DNA from: Proteobacteria bacterium CG1_02_64_396
Lineage (GTDB): Bacteria; Pseudomonadota; MNWR01; CG1-02-64-396
Assembly: GCA_001872725.1 (NCBI GenBank)
Contig: MNWR01000007.1
Span: forward strand, 5,673 to 69,672
Reading direction: 5' to 3'
DNA length: 64,000 bases
The first letter of the stretch is position 1. Every line of letters begins with the position of its first letter. Of this stretch, positions 63,175 through 64,000 are shown piece by piece. Below the pieces are notes generated by a model. That model saw only the letters and a program-made list of their open reading frames with translations. It made no database searches and had not been told where the DNA came from. A program made the translations under genes and the position numbers.

Positions 63175-64000
63175 ATGTCGGCTACGAATTTCAAGACCGA
63201 AAACAACACCTACCGCAAGCTGATCGGCAACGGCTTGACCTACAGCATCCCCCGGTTTCAGCGCGATTACAGTTGGACCGATGAAGAGTGGGAAGACCTT
63301 TGGTCCGACATCCTAGGCACCATTCAAGAGGGGGGCGAACCGGCTCACTACATGGGCTACCTGGTATTGCAATCCCAAGATGAAAAAAGCTTCGACGTCA
63401 TCGACGGTCAGCAACGCTTGACCACCCTGAGCCTGATCGTGTTGGCGGTGCTCAAAAGCCTGCAACGGCTGGTGGATGATGGGATCGATTCCGACCGCAA
63501 CCGGCAAAGGCTGGAGCAAATCCGCAGCACCTACATCGGTTACCTCGACCCGGTCACCTTGGTCACCCGCAGCAAAATCACCCTAAACCGCAACAACGAC
63601 GCCTACTACCAAACCTACTTGGTGCCGCTGGGCCATTTGCCGGTCCGGGGTTTTCGCGCCTCGGAACATGCCTTGCGCAAAGCCTTTGATTGGTTTGATC
63701 GGCGGATCCAGGGGTACGCCAAAAAGCAGGGGGGCGACGAGGGTGTGGCACTGGCCAGCCTGATCGAAACCATGAGCGACCGGCTCTTCTTCACGGTCAT
63801 CAGCGTCACCGACGAGCTCAACGCCTACAAGGTGTTCGAAACCCTCAACGCCCGTGGGGTGCGCCTCTCCTCGACCGATTTTCTCAAGAACTACCTGTTT
63901 TCGGTGTTGCACAAGCAGGGAGAGCATTTGCACGAGATGGACACCCTTGAAAACCGGTGGGAGTCGATGGTGTCGCGGTTGGGTGCCGAGAGTTTTCCCG
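63175..64000 (+). CDS. DUF262 (GmrS/ParB-like) domain protein, 3' truncated; absent from the ORF track
   Basis: Manual translation gives IPRFQRDYSW, VIDGQQRLTT, VFETLNARG; open to the window end. Confidence 0.88.
   Translation, partial: MSATNFKTENNTYRKLIGNGLTYSIPRFQRDYSWTDEEWEDLWSDILGTIQEGGEPAHYMGYLVLQSQDEKSFDVIDGQQRLTTLSLIVLAVLKSLQRLVDDGIDSDRNRQRLEQIRSTYIGYLDPVTLVTRSKITLNRNNDAYYQTYLVPLGHLPVRGFRASEHALRKAFDWFDRRIQGYAKKQGGDEGVALASLIETMSDRLFFTVISVTDELNAYKVFETLNARGVRLSSTDFLKNYLFSVLHKQGEHLHEMDTLENRWESMVSRLGAESFP

Overview
GC-rich bacterial chromosomal segment, mostly core genome. The lineage is proteobacterial-like and probably deep-branching (inference). In order: the 5'-truncated end of a citryl-CoA lyase-like gene; a complete nuoA-N complex I operon; comM-ubiK-HIT on the minus strand; dnaA-dnaN-gyrB (no recF, and dnaN strongly diverged); murJ; a large GDH2-type glutamate dehydrogenase; a small accessory patch (palindromic MITE, lipoprotein, CX3CH cytochrome c, desulforedoxin, cupin with an IscR-type operator); coaBC-dut; an Rrf2-associated sulfur-assimilation cluster; lipoate ligase, SPOR, cytochrome b/c' and two paralogous outer-membrane barrels among REP/MITE elements; tRNA-Ala(CGC); gatCAB; hisIE; rpmH-rnpA-yidD-yidC-mnmE detached from dnaA; and the start of a probable defence locus (SNF2 helicase + DUF262) running off the right edge. 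The sulfur cluster comprises a ThrC-like PLP enzyme, a ubiquitin-like carrier ending GG-C, NIL, CysK, an E1/MoeB, APS reductase, a Sir-TusA fusion, Sat and a DASS transporter. The best candidates for an undescribed system are (1) the carrier-dependent sulfur relay, in which both Rrf2 and Sat end in CysK-docking-like tails, and (2) the SNF2 + DUF262 locus. All calls come from motif recognition by eye; no searches were run.
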